NCBI GenBank assembly: GCA_964488645.1
Contig: CAZAVK010000006.1
Coordinates: 18,548-82,547 of the forward strand
Reading direction: 5' to 3'
DNA length: 64,000 nt
From: an uncultured Rikenella sp.
GTDB taxonomy: Bacteria; Bacteroidota; Bacteroidia; Bacteroidales; VadinHA17
This document shows positions 38,023 to 47,147 of this stretch, in pieces. Under the pieces are notes generated by a model. That model did no database searches and had not been told where the DNA came from. It worked only from the letters and a program-made list of their open reading frames with translations. Every line of letters starts with the position of its first letter. Positions within the stretch are counted from its first letter, which is position 1. The translations under genes and the position numbers were made by a program.

Positions 38023-39242
38023 AGGCGAAGGGAAGGGAGACCAAACCGCATGTGGGCATCTTCGGCAGGCGTAATGTCGGGAAGAGCTCACTCATAAATG
38101 CTATTGTGGGTCAGGAGATAGCCATTGTCTCCGATGTGGCGGGTACCACCACTGACCCGGTGAAGAAGAGCATCGAGATTCACGGGCTGGGACCGCTCAT
38201 ACTGATCGATACCGGGGGGATTGACGATGAGGGGGGATTGGGTGAGCTGCGCATCGGGAAGGCGCTCGCCTCGGTGAGGCTGGTAGACATGGCCATACTG
38301 GTGCTGGCTGACAACACCTTCGGAGAGCATGAGGCGATGCTGGCCGATGAATTCAGAAAAGCCGACGTACCCTATCTGATTGTGCACAACAAGAGTGACC
38401 TCACGCCCCCATCGGATGAGCTGCGCGAGAGGGTCAGGAGGCTCACCGGCAGGGAGGTGGTCACCTACTCAGCCCTTGACCCGGCAGGCTACAATCCGGC
38501 CCTCATAAGTATGATGAAGGAGATCATGCCCGCCTCGGCACTGAAGGGGCGCAGCCTGATCGGCGATCTCATTCAGCCGGGTGACATGGTGCTGCTGATC
38601 ACCCCTGTCGATGCCGGCGCCCCGGCAGGGAGGCTCATCCTGCCCCAGGTGCAGGTCATACGTGACATACTTGACAACAACTGCACCGCCATCGTGCTCA
38701 AGGAGACAGAGGCGGCGGCATTCCTGCAGCACAGCAGTATCAGACCAGCACTGGTGATCACCGACAGCCAGATCTTCGCTGCGGCAGACGCGATAGTGCC
38801 GGACGATATTCCGCTCACCAGCTTCAGCATAGTACTGGCACGGCAGAAGGGCGACTTCGAAGAGTACCTCCGGGGAACGCCGAAGATCGGCGGACTGAAG
38901 GATGGTGACCGGATACTGATGCTGGAGTCATGTACCCACAATGTCTCATGTGATGATATCGGCCGGGTGAAGATACCGCGCTGGCTGAGGGAACATACCG
39001 GCAAGAAGCTTGAGTTCGATACCGTGGCCGGGCTTGACGGCATACCACGCCCCATAGAGGAGTATGCCCTGGTCATACAGTGCGGCGGCTGCATGGTGAC
39101 CCACCGCCAGCTGATGAACAGGCTCAGCGAGCCGAAGAGTCATGGCATACCGGTGACCAACTACGGAATGGTCATCGCATGGGTACACGGCATCTTCAAC
39201 CGCGCCACCGCACCGTTTACCGGAGGAAATCACCCCCGGTAG
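38019..39242 (+). CDS. hydF: [FeFe]-hydrogenase H-cluster maturation GTPase HydF
   Basis: GRRNVGKSS, GTTTDPV, DTGG and NKSD; cluster ligands ESCTH and QCGGC; TNYG. Confidence 0.95.
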   Translation: MKAKGRETKPHVGIFGRRNVGKSSLINAIVGQEIAIVSDVAGTTTDPVKKSIEIHGLGPLILIDTGGIDDEGGLGELRIGKALASVRLVDMAILVLADNTFGEHEAMLADEFRKADVPYLIVHNKSDLTPPSDELRERVRRLTGREVVTYSALDPAGYNPALISMMKEIMPASALKGRSLIGDLIQPGDMVLLITPVDAGAPAGRLILPQVQVIRDILDNNCTAIVLKETEAAAFLQHSSIRPALVITDSQIFAAADAIVPDDIPLTSFSIVLARQKGDFEEYLRGTPKIGGLKDGDRILMLESCTHNVSCDDIGRVKIPRWLREHTGKKLEFDTVAGLDGIPRPIEEYALVIQCGGCMVTHRQLMNRLSEPKSHGIPVTNYGMVIAWVHGIFNRATAPFTGGNHPR

Positions 39243-39258
39243 GCAGCAGCAGCGTGTA

Positions 39259-39325
39259 CATCACAACCGGAACCGCCTTCAGGCAGACGCACCGGGCGCA
39301 TCACAACCATAACCACCTTCCGGCA
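39259..39325. repeat. 40-bp-period direct repeat x2 downstream of hydF
   Basis: catcacaacc..aacc.ccttc.ggca at 39259 and 39299. Confidence 0.7.
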
Positions 39326-39364
39326 ACCGGTACTGCAGGAGGCATGCCGGGCCGGTTTCGGCGG

Positions 39365-41251
39365 TCACTCCTCCTCGCCGGCACCTTTGAGGTACCTGTC
39401 GAGGAATTGCAGTATCTCCGAATAGGCCTTTATCTCATTCTCCTTCTTGACAAAGCCGTGCCCCTCATCAGGGAAGATCACATACTCAACAGGCACCCCT
39501 GCTTCCCTGATCGCCTCAACCATCTCATCCGACTCGACCTGCAGCACCCTGGGATCATTGGCGCCCTGCAGCACCATTACAGGGTTCTTCACGTTGTGCC
39601 CGTGGAAGAGGGGCGAGATATTGTAAAGACGTACCGAGTCGGCGGTGAAGGGGTCGCCCATCTCGGTGTAGAGCGCATCACGGAATGATGCCCACCATGG
39701 CGGTATCGACTTGAGGGTGCGCAGCCAGTTGGTCACCCCGAAGAGGTTAACCCCCACCTGAAACTCATCGGGCGCAGAGGTCATGGCTGCCATGGTCATG
39801 AACCCGCCATAGCTGCCGCCAATGATACCGATCTTTTCAGCATCGATATAGTCCTGCTCCTGCAGCCACTTCTTGCCCCAGATGCAGTCCTTAAGATCCT
39901 TATCGCCATGATTGCGGTCATCCATCCTGAAGAAGGTCTTTCCATAACCGCTGCTGCCCCGGTTGTTCACGCCAAGCACCGCATATCCGTGGTTCACCAG
40001 GTACTGTATGACAGGATTGTAATTTGCCATTGTCTGTCCGCCCGGTCCGCCATGTACCCATATCAGTGCCGGCACCCTGTTTTTACGTGTGGCGGTCAGC
40101 GGCTTGTAATAGATAGCAGGTATCTCGAGGCCGTCAAAAGAGGGGTAGCGGACTACCTCTGCCGTGACCAGGTCATCGGGATTGATCTCGGGGTTGAGGT
40201 TGTCTGTCAGTCTCTTCATCTTCGGCTGACCGAACTCGTAGAGATAGAGGTCGCCGGGTGTCCTGGAGCTGCCCAGGTTGAGCAACATGTACCGCTCACT
40301 GTCGGAGATCGTCAGGTTGTTGACGCTGGCACCGGCAACACCGGGATAGCTGACCTTCCTGCCGGTGGTATATTCGGTAACCTCAATCTCAATCCGGCCG
40401 TCATTGTTGATTCCGATAACCCGGTACTTCTCATTCTCGCTCAGCCAGCTGCCGGCAACATCCCAGTCAGTGCCATAGACCAGCCCGCGCTCACCGGTGG
40501 CAAGCGAATAGCGCATCAGGGTCGAGAACTCCCCGTCAGCATCGGTGGTGTAGAAGAACCACTCATTATCATTGGTAAACCCGGAAGCTGAGTATGAGCC
40601 CGGCCTGTCAGGCTCTGACACCTCGGTCGTCTCACCGGTGACAAGGTTGTGAAGGAAGAGTCTCGACTCGCTGGTGGTGATTGACTGTACCGTGGCGATG
40701 ATGCTCCTGTCCTTGCTGGCACCGGCATAGTCAAGCCCCTCATCATTCCTCCATACCATCTCATCCTTCCACTCTCCGACATTCATGCTGTAGAGATCGA
40801 AGAACCTGGGGTCACGCTTGTTTGAGAGCAGGTACATCACCCGGTGGTCTCGGCTGAAGCCTGCAAACCGGGCCTTGACGGCATCACCCGGGGTGAGGTC
40901 GGTAGAGCTGCCGTCACCCTCCAGCAGGTAAATATGGCTGTTCTCATCGCCGCCCCTGTCAGCCGAATAGAGTACCTGACCGGTCTCCTGAACATAGCCG
41001 ATGCCAAACAGTGACTCGGTATCGGAAAAGGTGAGCTGCCTGCGCGAACCGTCAGAGAAGTCAATCTCAAACAGGTTGTAGATGCCTGTCTCATTACTGG
41101 TCACCAGCCCCTTTGTTTCGTCTGGCGAGAAGTCTGAGAAGCTGATGTTCACGTTCTTGTAGAACTGATCAATGGAGTACTGGGTGACCTCCCGCTTCCC
41201 CGTACAGGAGACAAGCAGCAGGAGAAAAAATGGAACGATGAGTTTTTTCAT
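39365..41251 (-). CDS. S9-family prolyl oligopeptidase/acylaminoacyl peptidase lipoprotein
   Basis: Lipobox LVSC; beta-propeller region; HGGP, GGSYGG, D.RV and DEGHG catalytic elements. Confidence 0.93.
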   Translation of the reverse strand: MKKLIVPFFLLLLVSCTGKREVTQYSIDQFYKNVNISFSDFSPDETKGLVTSNETGIYNLFEIDFSDGSRRQLTFSDTESLFGIGYVQETGQVLYSADRGGDENSHIYLLEGDGSSTDLTPGDAVKARFAGFSRDHRVMYLLSNKRDPRFFDLYSMNVGEWKDEMVWRNDEGLDYAGASKDRSIIATVQSITTSESRLFLHNLVTGETTEVSEPDRPGSYSASGFTNDNEWFFYTTDADGEFSTLMRYSLATGERGLVYGTDWDVAGSWLSENEKYRVIGINNDGRIEIEVTEYTTGRKVSYPGVAGASVNNLTISDSERYMLLNLGSSRTPGDLYLYEFGQPKMKRLTDNLNPEINPDDLVTAEVVRYPSFDGLEIPAIYYKPLTATRKNRVPALIWVHGGPGGQTMANYNPVIQYLVNHGYAVLGVNNRGSSGYGKTFFRMDDRNHGDKDLKDCIWGKKWLQEQDYIDAEKIGIIGGSYGGFMTMAAMTSAPDEFQVGVNLFGVTNWLRTLKSIPPWWASFRDALYTEMGDPFTADSVRLYNISPLFHGHNVKNPVMVLQGANDPRVLQVESDEMVEAIREAGVPVEYVIFPDEGHGFVKKENEIKAYSEILQFLDRYLKGAGEEE

Positions 41252-41373
41252 GGGTTCGTTTTTTACAGATTACACTTCAAAAGACGGAAAATATTTCCAA
41301 TTGCTGCCCAATCATGCCCTGATGACCATGAAAGGGCATGAGTTACATCATTAGGCAATCTCAAATCTTTGTT

Positions 41374-41381
41374 TATATTTG
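41374..41381 (+). promoter_or_regulatory. Bacteroidota -7 promoter element for the hutH-like leader
   Basis: tatatttg matches TAnnTTTG. Confidence 0.55.
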
Positions 41382-41398
41382 AACTCTGCTACAGTATT

Positions 41399-41461
41399 AT
41401 GGGACGAAACTGGACCCTGGAATACAAGATCAAGATCAACCGCTCAGGGTTGTATCGCTAG
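41399..41461 (+). CDS. Putative 20-aa leader peptide (MGRNWTLEYKIKINRSGLYR)
   Basis: ATG to TAG, lying between a promoter match and a terminator-like hairpin. Confidence 0.35.
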   Translation: MGRNWTLEYKIKINRSGLYR

Positions 41462-41471
41462 CCTTTCCGGC

Positions 41472-41520
41472 CGGCGGATGTCTTTGTACCTCCGCCCTCT
41501 TTTGATTTTCCCTTTTTTAC
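41472..41520 (+). terminator. Terminator-like hairpin in the hutH-like leader
   Basis: ggcgga...tccgcc stem followed by the T-rich ctcttttgattttcccttttt. Confidence 0.45.
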
Positions 41521-41550
41521 TCTTCAACCTTTAAAAACAATCTTTCACTT

Positions 41551-43083
41551 ATGGATACATTAATTATCAACGGATCAGGACTGACAGTAAATGATGTTGT
41601 CAATGTGGCCCGCTATGGCCAGAAGATAGAGCTTCACCCCGACGCCCGCAAGCGGATCCTCGAGTGCCGTGCGATGCTTGAGAAGAAGATCGATGCCCGT
41701 GAGATCATGTACGGGGTCAACACCGGTATAGGTGAGTTTTCGGAGATAGTACTTGATGATGATCAGATCAAGGATTTCCAGAAATACCTCGTTTACAACC
41801 ATGCCGCCGGCATAGGTGACCCTGCTCCCATTGAGGTTGTCCGCGGCGCCATGCTGGGTCGCATCAATGTGCATGCTCATGGCAACTCGGGCTGCCGCCT
41901 TGAGATAACCGAGACCTACGTTGAGATGCTCAACAAGGGTGTCACCCCCTACTCATGCCAGAAGGGGTCTGTGGGCGCCTGCGGTGACCTGTCGCCCATG
42001 TCACAGATTGCCCTTCTCCTTATGGGTGAGGGGAAGGCCTACTACAAGGGTGAGTTGCTCGACGGCGCCGAGGCGATGAAGCGGGCAGGGATAAAGATTC
42101 CCGGACTGCAGGCACGTGACGGGCTGGCAGCCATCAACGGTTCCAACATGCTCACCGCCATGAGCGCCCTCTGGCTGGTCGATGCCAACAACTGGCTCAA
42201 GCAGGCCGAGATAGCCGCATCGATGTCGCTCGAAGCACTCAAGGCCAACATGAGACCCTACGAGCCGCTGCTGCATGAGGCACGCGGGTTCAGGGGGGCC
42301 ATCCGCAGCGCTGCGGCAATCAACAAGTGTATCGCGGGCGGTGACCTCAAGGAGGGACGTATCAAGTCAAAGGTGCAGGACGCCTACTCGATGAGATCAA
42401 CCCCGCAGGTGATAGGCGCTGCACACGATATGCTGGCCTATGCACGCAGCCAGGTGGAGATCGAACTCAATGGCGTGGGTGACAACCCGATCTTCTTCCC
42501 CGACAGGAACCTGCAGCTCTCAGGCGCAAACTTCCAGGGCTCGCCGGTGAGCGTGCCGATGGATATGGCCGGAGCAGCAATAACCATGGTTTCGGTAATG
42601 TCTGAGCGCAGGATGAACCGCCTCAACAACCCGGCACTGAGCGTGGGGCTGCCGGCATTCCTGACAAAGGGAGCAGGCATGTTCTCAGGACTGATGCTGA
42701 GCCAGTATACCGCCGACATGATGATAGTGGAGCAGCGGATTCTCTCGATGCCGGCATCAATACAGTCAATACCGGCTGCGGCAGACCAGGAGGACTTTGT
42801 CTCTATGGGGATGAACACGGCCATCAAGAATAACCAGATCCTTGACAATGCCTACGGAATACTCGGGATTGAGTTCATGGCGGCAGCACAGGCACTCGAC
42901 TTCAGGAAGAAGGAGTACAGCTTCGGGAAAGGGGTCCAGAAGGCCAAGGATGTGATCCGCAGGCATGTGGAATTCCTCGATATTGACCGCCCGCTCTACG
43001 CAGACCATACCACCATGAAAGAGCTGGTGAAGTCATGCGAGATACTCAATGAGGTCGAAAAAGAGGTGGGAAGCCTGGAGTAG
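41551..43083 (+). CDS. hutH: Histidine ammonia-lyase (MIO family) with an Ala-Cys-Gly cofactor tripeptide
   Basis: MYGVNTG, NHAAG, GSVGACGD, NG, QDAYSMR and QED. Confidence 0.85.
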   Translation: MDTLIINGSGLTVNDVVNVARYGQKIELHPDARKRILECRAMLEKKIDAREIMYGVNTGIGEFSEIVLDDDQIKDFQKYLVYNHAAGIGDPAPIEVVRGAMLGRINVHAHGNSGCRLEITETYVEMLNKGVTPYSCQKGSVGACGDLSPMSQIALLLMGEGKAYYKGELLDGAEAMKRAGIKIPGLQARDGLAAINGSNMLTAMSALWLVDANNWLKQAEIAASMSLEALKANMRPYEPLLHEARGFRGAIRSAAAINKCIAGGDLKEGRIKSKVQDAYSMRSTPQVIGAAHDMLAYARSQVEIELNGVGDNPIFFPDRNLQLSGANFQGSPVSVPMDMAGAAITMVSVMSERRMNRLNNPALSVGLPAFLTKGAGMFSGLMLSQYTADMMIVEQRILSMPASIQSIPAAADQEDFVSMGMNTAIKNNQILDNAYGILGIEFMAAAQALDFRKKEYSFGKGVQKAKDVIRRHVEFLDIDRPLYADHTTMKELVKSCEILNEVEKEVGSLE

Positions 43084-43160
43084 GCGGAATTACAGATTCC
43101 GGACAAAGATAAGGACCGGCATTGCCCCGGTCTGCCCAGATATCAGCATCTGACTGCATT

Positions 43161-43204
43161 CACCTCCCCGCAGGCCGGCAGGCCTGTGCGGGGAGGTGTT
43201 TTTT
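43161..43204 (+). terminator. Intrinsic terminator
   Basis: cacctccccgcaggcc-ggca-ggcctgtgcgggaggtg followed by a T run. Confidence 0.85.
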
Positions 43205-43370
43205 GACCTGGCTGGCAACGCATGCGTGCGGGAGAGGCTGGCATCAATAATCTGTGCCCGGCGGCAAACCGGGAAAAGATTCCCGGATAAGCCCCGTCAA
43301 CCGAACCTACGCACACAATAACTTAAAAAATCCTGAGTTATAATCTATTAGATCGCTCAGTCAATCCGTC

Positions 43371-44402
43371 ATGAAAAAGCTACTCATTCTCCCCCTCCTG
43401 GCCATGATGGCATCATGTGCTACACAGAACCTATATCTCAATGTGATACAGCCTGCCCCGGTGACCCTGGCCACTGAGATAAAGAATGTCGCCATTATTG
43501 ACCGCTCTACCCCGTCTGACCAGGTAAGATCATTTGATAACCTCGACAAGATACTCACCCTTGAGGGTGCCTCACTTGACTCGATAGGCACCCGGGAGGC
43601 AATAAAAGGGGTGAGCGGAGCCCTCGCCGCCAATGACCGGTTTCACTCTGTCAGGCTGCTTTCTGAGGTCGGGCTGACCAGCAGTGCTCCGGGAGGAATG
43701 CCTCCTCCGTTGTCTCCGGCACAGGTTGCAGAGATATGCCATGAGCACGGAACGGAGGCCCTCTTTGCCCTGGAGCACTATGATACCGATACCAGGATCA
43801 GCTATGCAACTGAACCGGCAAAGGTGAAAACTCCGCTGGGAGGGTTGCCGGCACTGATGCATACCGCCTCAATGGAGACGGTGGTCAAGACCGGATGGAG
43901 AATCTATTCACCCGCAGATCAGGCCGTAATTGATGAGTATCTGGATGTGGAATCGGTTCGCTTTTCAGGCAGGGGGATTACTCCGGCGGCAGCCATCGCC
44001 GGCTTCGTCAACAGGAAGGCAGCCGTCATGGAGGTGAGCCGCAAGGCGGGAGAAGCTTTTGCCATGCGACTGATACCCTACAGGCTGAGGGTGACCCGGG
44101 AATACTTCGTCAGAGGCAGTGATAACTTCAGGGTCGCCAGGAGACGGGCACAGCTGGGCAACTGGGACGACGCTGCAGAGCTGTGGCAGACCGAGACATC
44201 AAACCCGAAGAGGAAGGTTGCCGGCAGGGCACACTACAACATGGCAATCATCAGCGAGATAAACGGTGACCTCCCGGCAGCAACCGCATGGGCTCACAAG
44301 GCCTACTCAGACTACCACATCAAGAATGCACTGCACTATTCACGTATCCTTGAAAAGAGGAAAAACAACGAAGAGCTGCTCAGATACCAGGAGCAGCGGT
44401 AA
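43371..44402 (+). CDS. DUF6340-like lipoprotein with C-terminal TPR
   Basis: Lipobox MASC; C-terminal W..A...W...YNMA..SE..GD. Confidence 0.7.
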   Translation: MKKLLILPLLAMMASCATQNLYLNVIQPAPVTLATEIKNVAIIDRSTPSDQVRSFDNLDKILTLEGASLDSIGTREAIKGVSGALAANDRFHSVRLLSEVGLTSSAPGGMPPPLSPAQVAEICHEHGTEALFALEHYDTDTRISYATEPAKVKTPLGGLPALMHTASMETVVKTGWRIYSPADQAVIDEYLDVESVRFSGRGITPAAAIAGFVNRKAAVMEVSRKAGEAFAMRLIPYRLRVTREYFVRGSDNFRVARRRAQLGNWDDAAELWQTETSNPKRKVAGRAHYNMAIISEINGDLPAATAWAHKAYSDYHIKNALHYSRILEKRKNNEELLRYQEQR

Positions 44403-44601
44403 CCGGTAGAAAGATTGATCGAGGAGCTCATCAGGTACCGGATTCCACGATAGCAGGCTGGCTGACCGATCGAAGAACTACTGCCATTGTGGCCGGTGGC
44501 AGCCCTCTGCAGGCGGAGTTCCGCTGCGGCATCGGGATCGCCGGCCGCTGGTTTTTTGTGCAGCTGTTATTCCTACCTTTACGGGTAGAATCGCAACAGC
44601 T

Positions 44602-47109
44602 ATGACCAGGAAGATATTTGCCGCACTCCTAACCTGCCTGATACCAATTGCCGCTGCAGGCCAATCCCCTGACCTCCTGAAATATGTCAATCCGTTTATC
44701 GGCACAGACAGGATGGGGCACACCTACCCGGGTGCAACCGTCCCGTTCGGAATGGTTCAGCTCTCCCCCGACACTGACACCCTGCCCTATGCGGTCGGGG
44801 GGCAGTACAACAGGGATGTATACAGATACTGTGCAGGATACCAGTACTCCGATCCCACCATTGTCGGCTTCTCGCATACCCATTTCAGCGGTACCGGCCA
44901 CTCTGACCTGGGCGACATACTGCTTATGCCGCTTACCGGCACTCTTCACCTGAACCCGGGAACTGCAGATGCACCGGAGAGTGGCTACCGCTCACGTTTC
45001 TCGCATGAGAACGAGAAGGCTTCGCCCGGCTACTACTCGGTACTGTTAGATGACTACGACATAGTGGCCGAGCTGACTGCAACCACCCGTACCGGCGTGC
45101 ACCGCTACACCTTCAACCGAGGTGGCGATGCACATCTTGTGCTTGACATGGTTCATGGTATCTACAATGATGAGGGAAAGAATGTATGGACCTTCCTCAG
45201 GGTTGAGAATGACACCCTTGTCACCGGCTTCCGGCTGACCAGCGGGTGGGCCCGCACCCGGTCGCTCTTCTTTGCCATCGCCTTCTCAAAGCCTTTCAGC
45301 TCGTACGGCTTCCGTGACGACTCGCCGCCCCGCACCTATCGCGGCTTCTGGCGCCGGTTTGACCAGCGCACCAACTTCCCTGAAGCGGCAGGAAGGGCTA
45401 TCAGGGGCCATTTTGATTTCCAGGTTGATAACGGTGAGCAGATCACGGTGAGGGTAGCCCTCTCGCCTGTAAGCACCGCCGGGGCGGTGGCAAATATGAT
45501 AGCTGAGGCACCCGCGGCCGACTTCGACCTGGTACGGAGGAGGGCTGAGGAGATGTGGCGTGGTGAGCTGGAAAGGGTGAAGGTGGAGATGATGAACGAT
45601 GATCAGATGACCAGCTTCTATACATCACTCTATCACACTCTCATTTCGCCTACGGTATACATGGATACCGACGGCAGCTACCGTGGACTCGATCAGAATA
45701 TCCACAGGGCAACAGGGTTCACCAACTACACCACCTTCTCCCTCTGGGACACCTACCGGGCGCTGCATCCGCTCTTCACCATCATTCAGCAACGGCGCAC
45801 GGCAGACATGATCAACTCGATGCTGGCACACTATGACCAGAGCGTACACAACATGCTTCCCGTATGGTCACACCATGCAAACGAGAACTGGTGCATGATC
45901 GGCTACCACGCGGTGCCGGTGATCGCCGACGCCATAGTGAAGAACATTGAGGGCTTTGACCACGTCAGGGCGCTGGAGGCATGTGTAACCACCGCACGCA
46001 ACGGCTGGTATGACGGGCTTGATGACTATATGAGCCTCGGCTATGTGCCCGATGACCGCACCGCCTCTTCGGTCTCGGTTACCCTTGAGTATGCCTTTGA
46101 TGACTGGAGTATTGCACAGGCAGCCCGCAGGCTGCAGCAGGGCCGGCAGGAGCCGGCGGGTAATGTGACTACCCCGGGGCTGCAGCAGGGCCGGCAGGGA
46201 ATAGCGGGCGAAGAGTCTGACCCGGGACTCCAGCAGAGCCGGCCGGAGAGAGCGGGCGAACAGTCTGCCTCAGGGCTCCGGCAAAGCCGACCGGAGATAG
46301 CAGGCGAACTGTCTGCCTCAGGGCTCCGGCAAAGCCGGCCGGAACCGGCAGGGGAAGCCTGGTACGGGGAGATCCATGATGAATTCATCAGCCGCTCACG
46401 GAACTTCCTGAATGTGTGGGATTCCTCAACGGGATTCATGCGGCCCCGCGGCAGGGACGGCAGCTTCAGGGAGGATTTTGATGTGCTCTCCACTCACGGA
46501 CAGGGCTTCATCGAGGGCAATGCCTGGAACTACAGTCTCTATGTACCGCATGATCCGGCTGAACTGATAGCCCTGCACGGCGGGAAAAAGCGCTTCACCA
46601 CACACCTCGACTCCCTCTTTACCATGTATCTCCCTGACAGTTTCTTCGCCGAGACCGAGGATATCACCCGGGAAGGAATCATCGGCAACTATGTACATGG
46701 CAATGAGCCCTCTCACCATGTGCCCTACCTCTACAACCATGCCGGTGCACCCGGGAAAACCCAGTACCGGGTGAGGTATATCATGGATCACAAGTACCTG
46801 CCTGCCCCTGACGGACTGAGCGGCAATGATGACTGCGGTCAGATGAGTGCATGGTACATCTTCAGCGCACTGGGCTTCTACCCCGTTGCTCCGGGATCAG
46901 ACCGCTATGACCTGGGCAGCCCCCTGGTGAAGGAGGCAGCCATAAGTCTAGAGAATGGAAATAGATTCACGGTGAAGACAGTGAATCAGGGGCCACGGAA
47001 TGTCCGTGTGCGCAGGGTGGAGCTCAACGGTGCCAGGCTTGACCGGCTGTGGATAACGCATGACGAAATCATGCAGGGCGGTACCCTAACATTCTATATG
47101 ACCCGGTAA
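44602..47109 (+). CDS. GH92 alpha-mannosidase with internal repeat insertion
   Basis: VNPFIGT, PGATVPFGMVQLSPD, FSLWDTYR, TLEYAFDD, EGNAW, GNEP and GNDDCGQMSAWY. Confidence 0.95.
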   Translation: MTRKIFAALLTCLIPIAAAGQSPDLLKYVNPFIGTDRMGHTYPGATVPFGMVQLSPDTDTLPYAVGGQYNRDVYRYCAGYQYSDPTIVGFSHTHFSGTGHSDLGDILLMPLTGTLHLNPGTADAPESGYRSRFSHENEKASPGYYSVLLDDYDIVAELTATTRTGVHRYTFNRGGDAHLVLDMVHGIYNDEGKNVWTFLRVENDTLVTGFRLTSGWARTRSLFFAIAFSKPFSSYGFRDDSPPRTYRGFWRRFDQRTNFPEAAGRAIRGHFDFQVDNGEQITVRVALSPVSTAGAVANMIAEAPAADFDLVRRRAEEMWRGELERVKVEMMNDDQMTSFYTSLYHTLISPTVYMDTDGSYRGLDQNIHRATGFTNYTTFSLWDTYRALHPLFTIIQQRRTADMINSMLAHYDQSVHNMLPVWSHHANENWCMIGYHAVPVIADAIVKNIEGFDHVRALEACVTTARNGWYDGLDDYMSLGYVPDDRTASSVSVTLEYAFDDWSIAQAARRLQQGRQEPAGNVTTPGLQQGRQGIAGEESDPGLQQSRPERAGEQSASGLRQSRPEIAGELSASGLRQSRPEPAGEAWYGEIHDEFISRSRNFLNVWDSSTGFMRPRGRDGSFREDFDVLSTHGQGFIEGNAWNYSLYVPHDPAELIALHGGKKRFTTHLDSLFTMYLPDSFFAETEDITREGIIGNYVHGNEPSHHVPYLYNHAGAPGKTQYRVRYIMDHKYLPAPDGLSGNDDCGQMSAWYIFSALGFYPVAPGSDRYDLGSPLVKEAAISLENGNRFTVKTVNQGPRNVRVRRVELNGARLDRLWITHDEIMQGGTLTFYMTR
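46132..46356 (+). repeat. In-frame 48-bp repeat (about 4.7 copies; 16-aa unit LxQxRxExAGE..sG)
   Basis: Units start at 46132, 46180, 46228, 46276 and 46324. Confidence 0.92.
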
Positions 47110-47147
47110 AGGAAGCTTCAGAAATGGCGGCCGCCTGCTACAGGCGG

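Noticed and set aside
39080-39688. 202-aa ORF bridging hydF and the S9 peptidase
   Set aside because: Overlaps two supported genes (a shifted frame and antisense); low-complexity translation.
41319-41410. Hammerhead ribozyme (CTGATGA ... GGACGAAAC)
   Set aside because: Stem II cannot form: C follows CTGATGA and C precedes GAAA, and the CTGATGA sits inside a different hairpin.
41551-43083. Ergothionase or other MIO-less lyase
   Set aside because: The protein retains an MIO-competent A-(S/C)-G loop and HAL catalytic residues.
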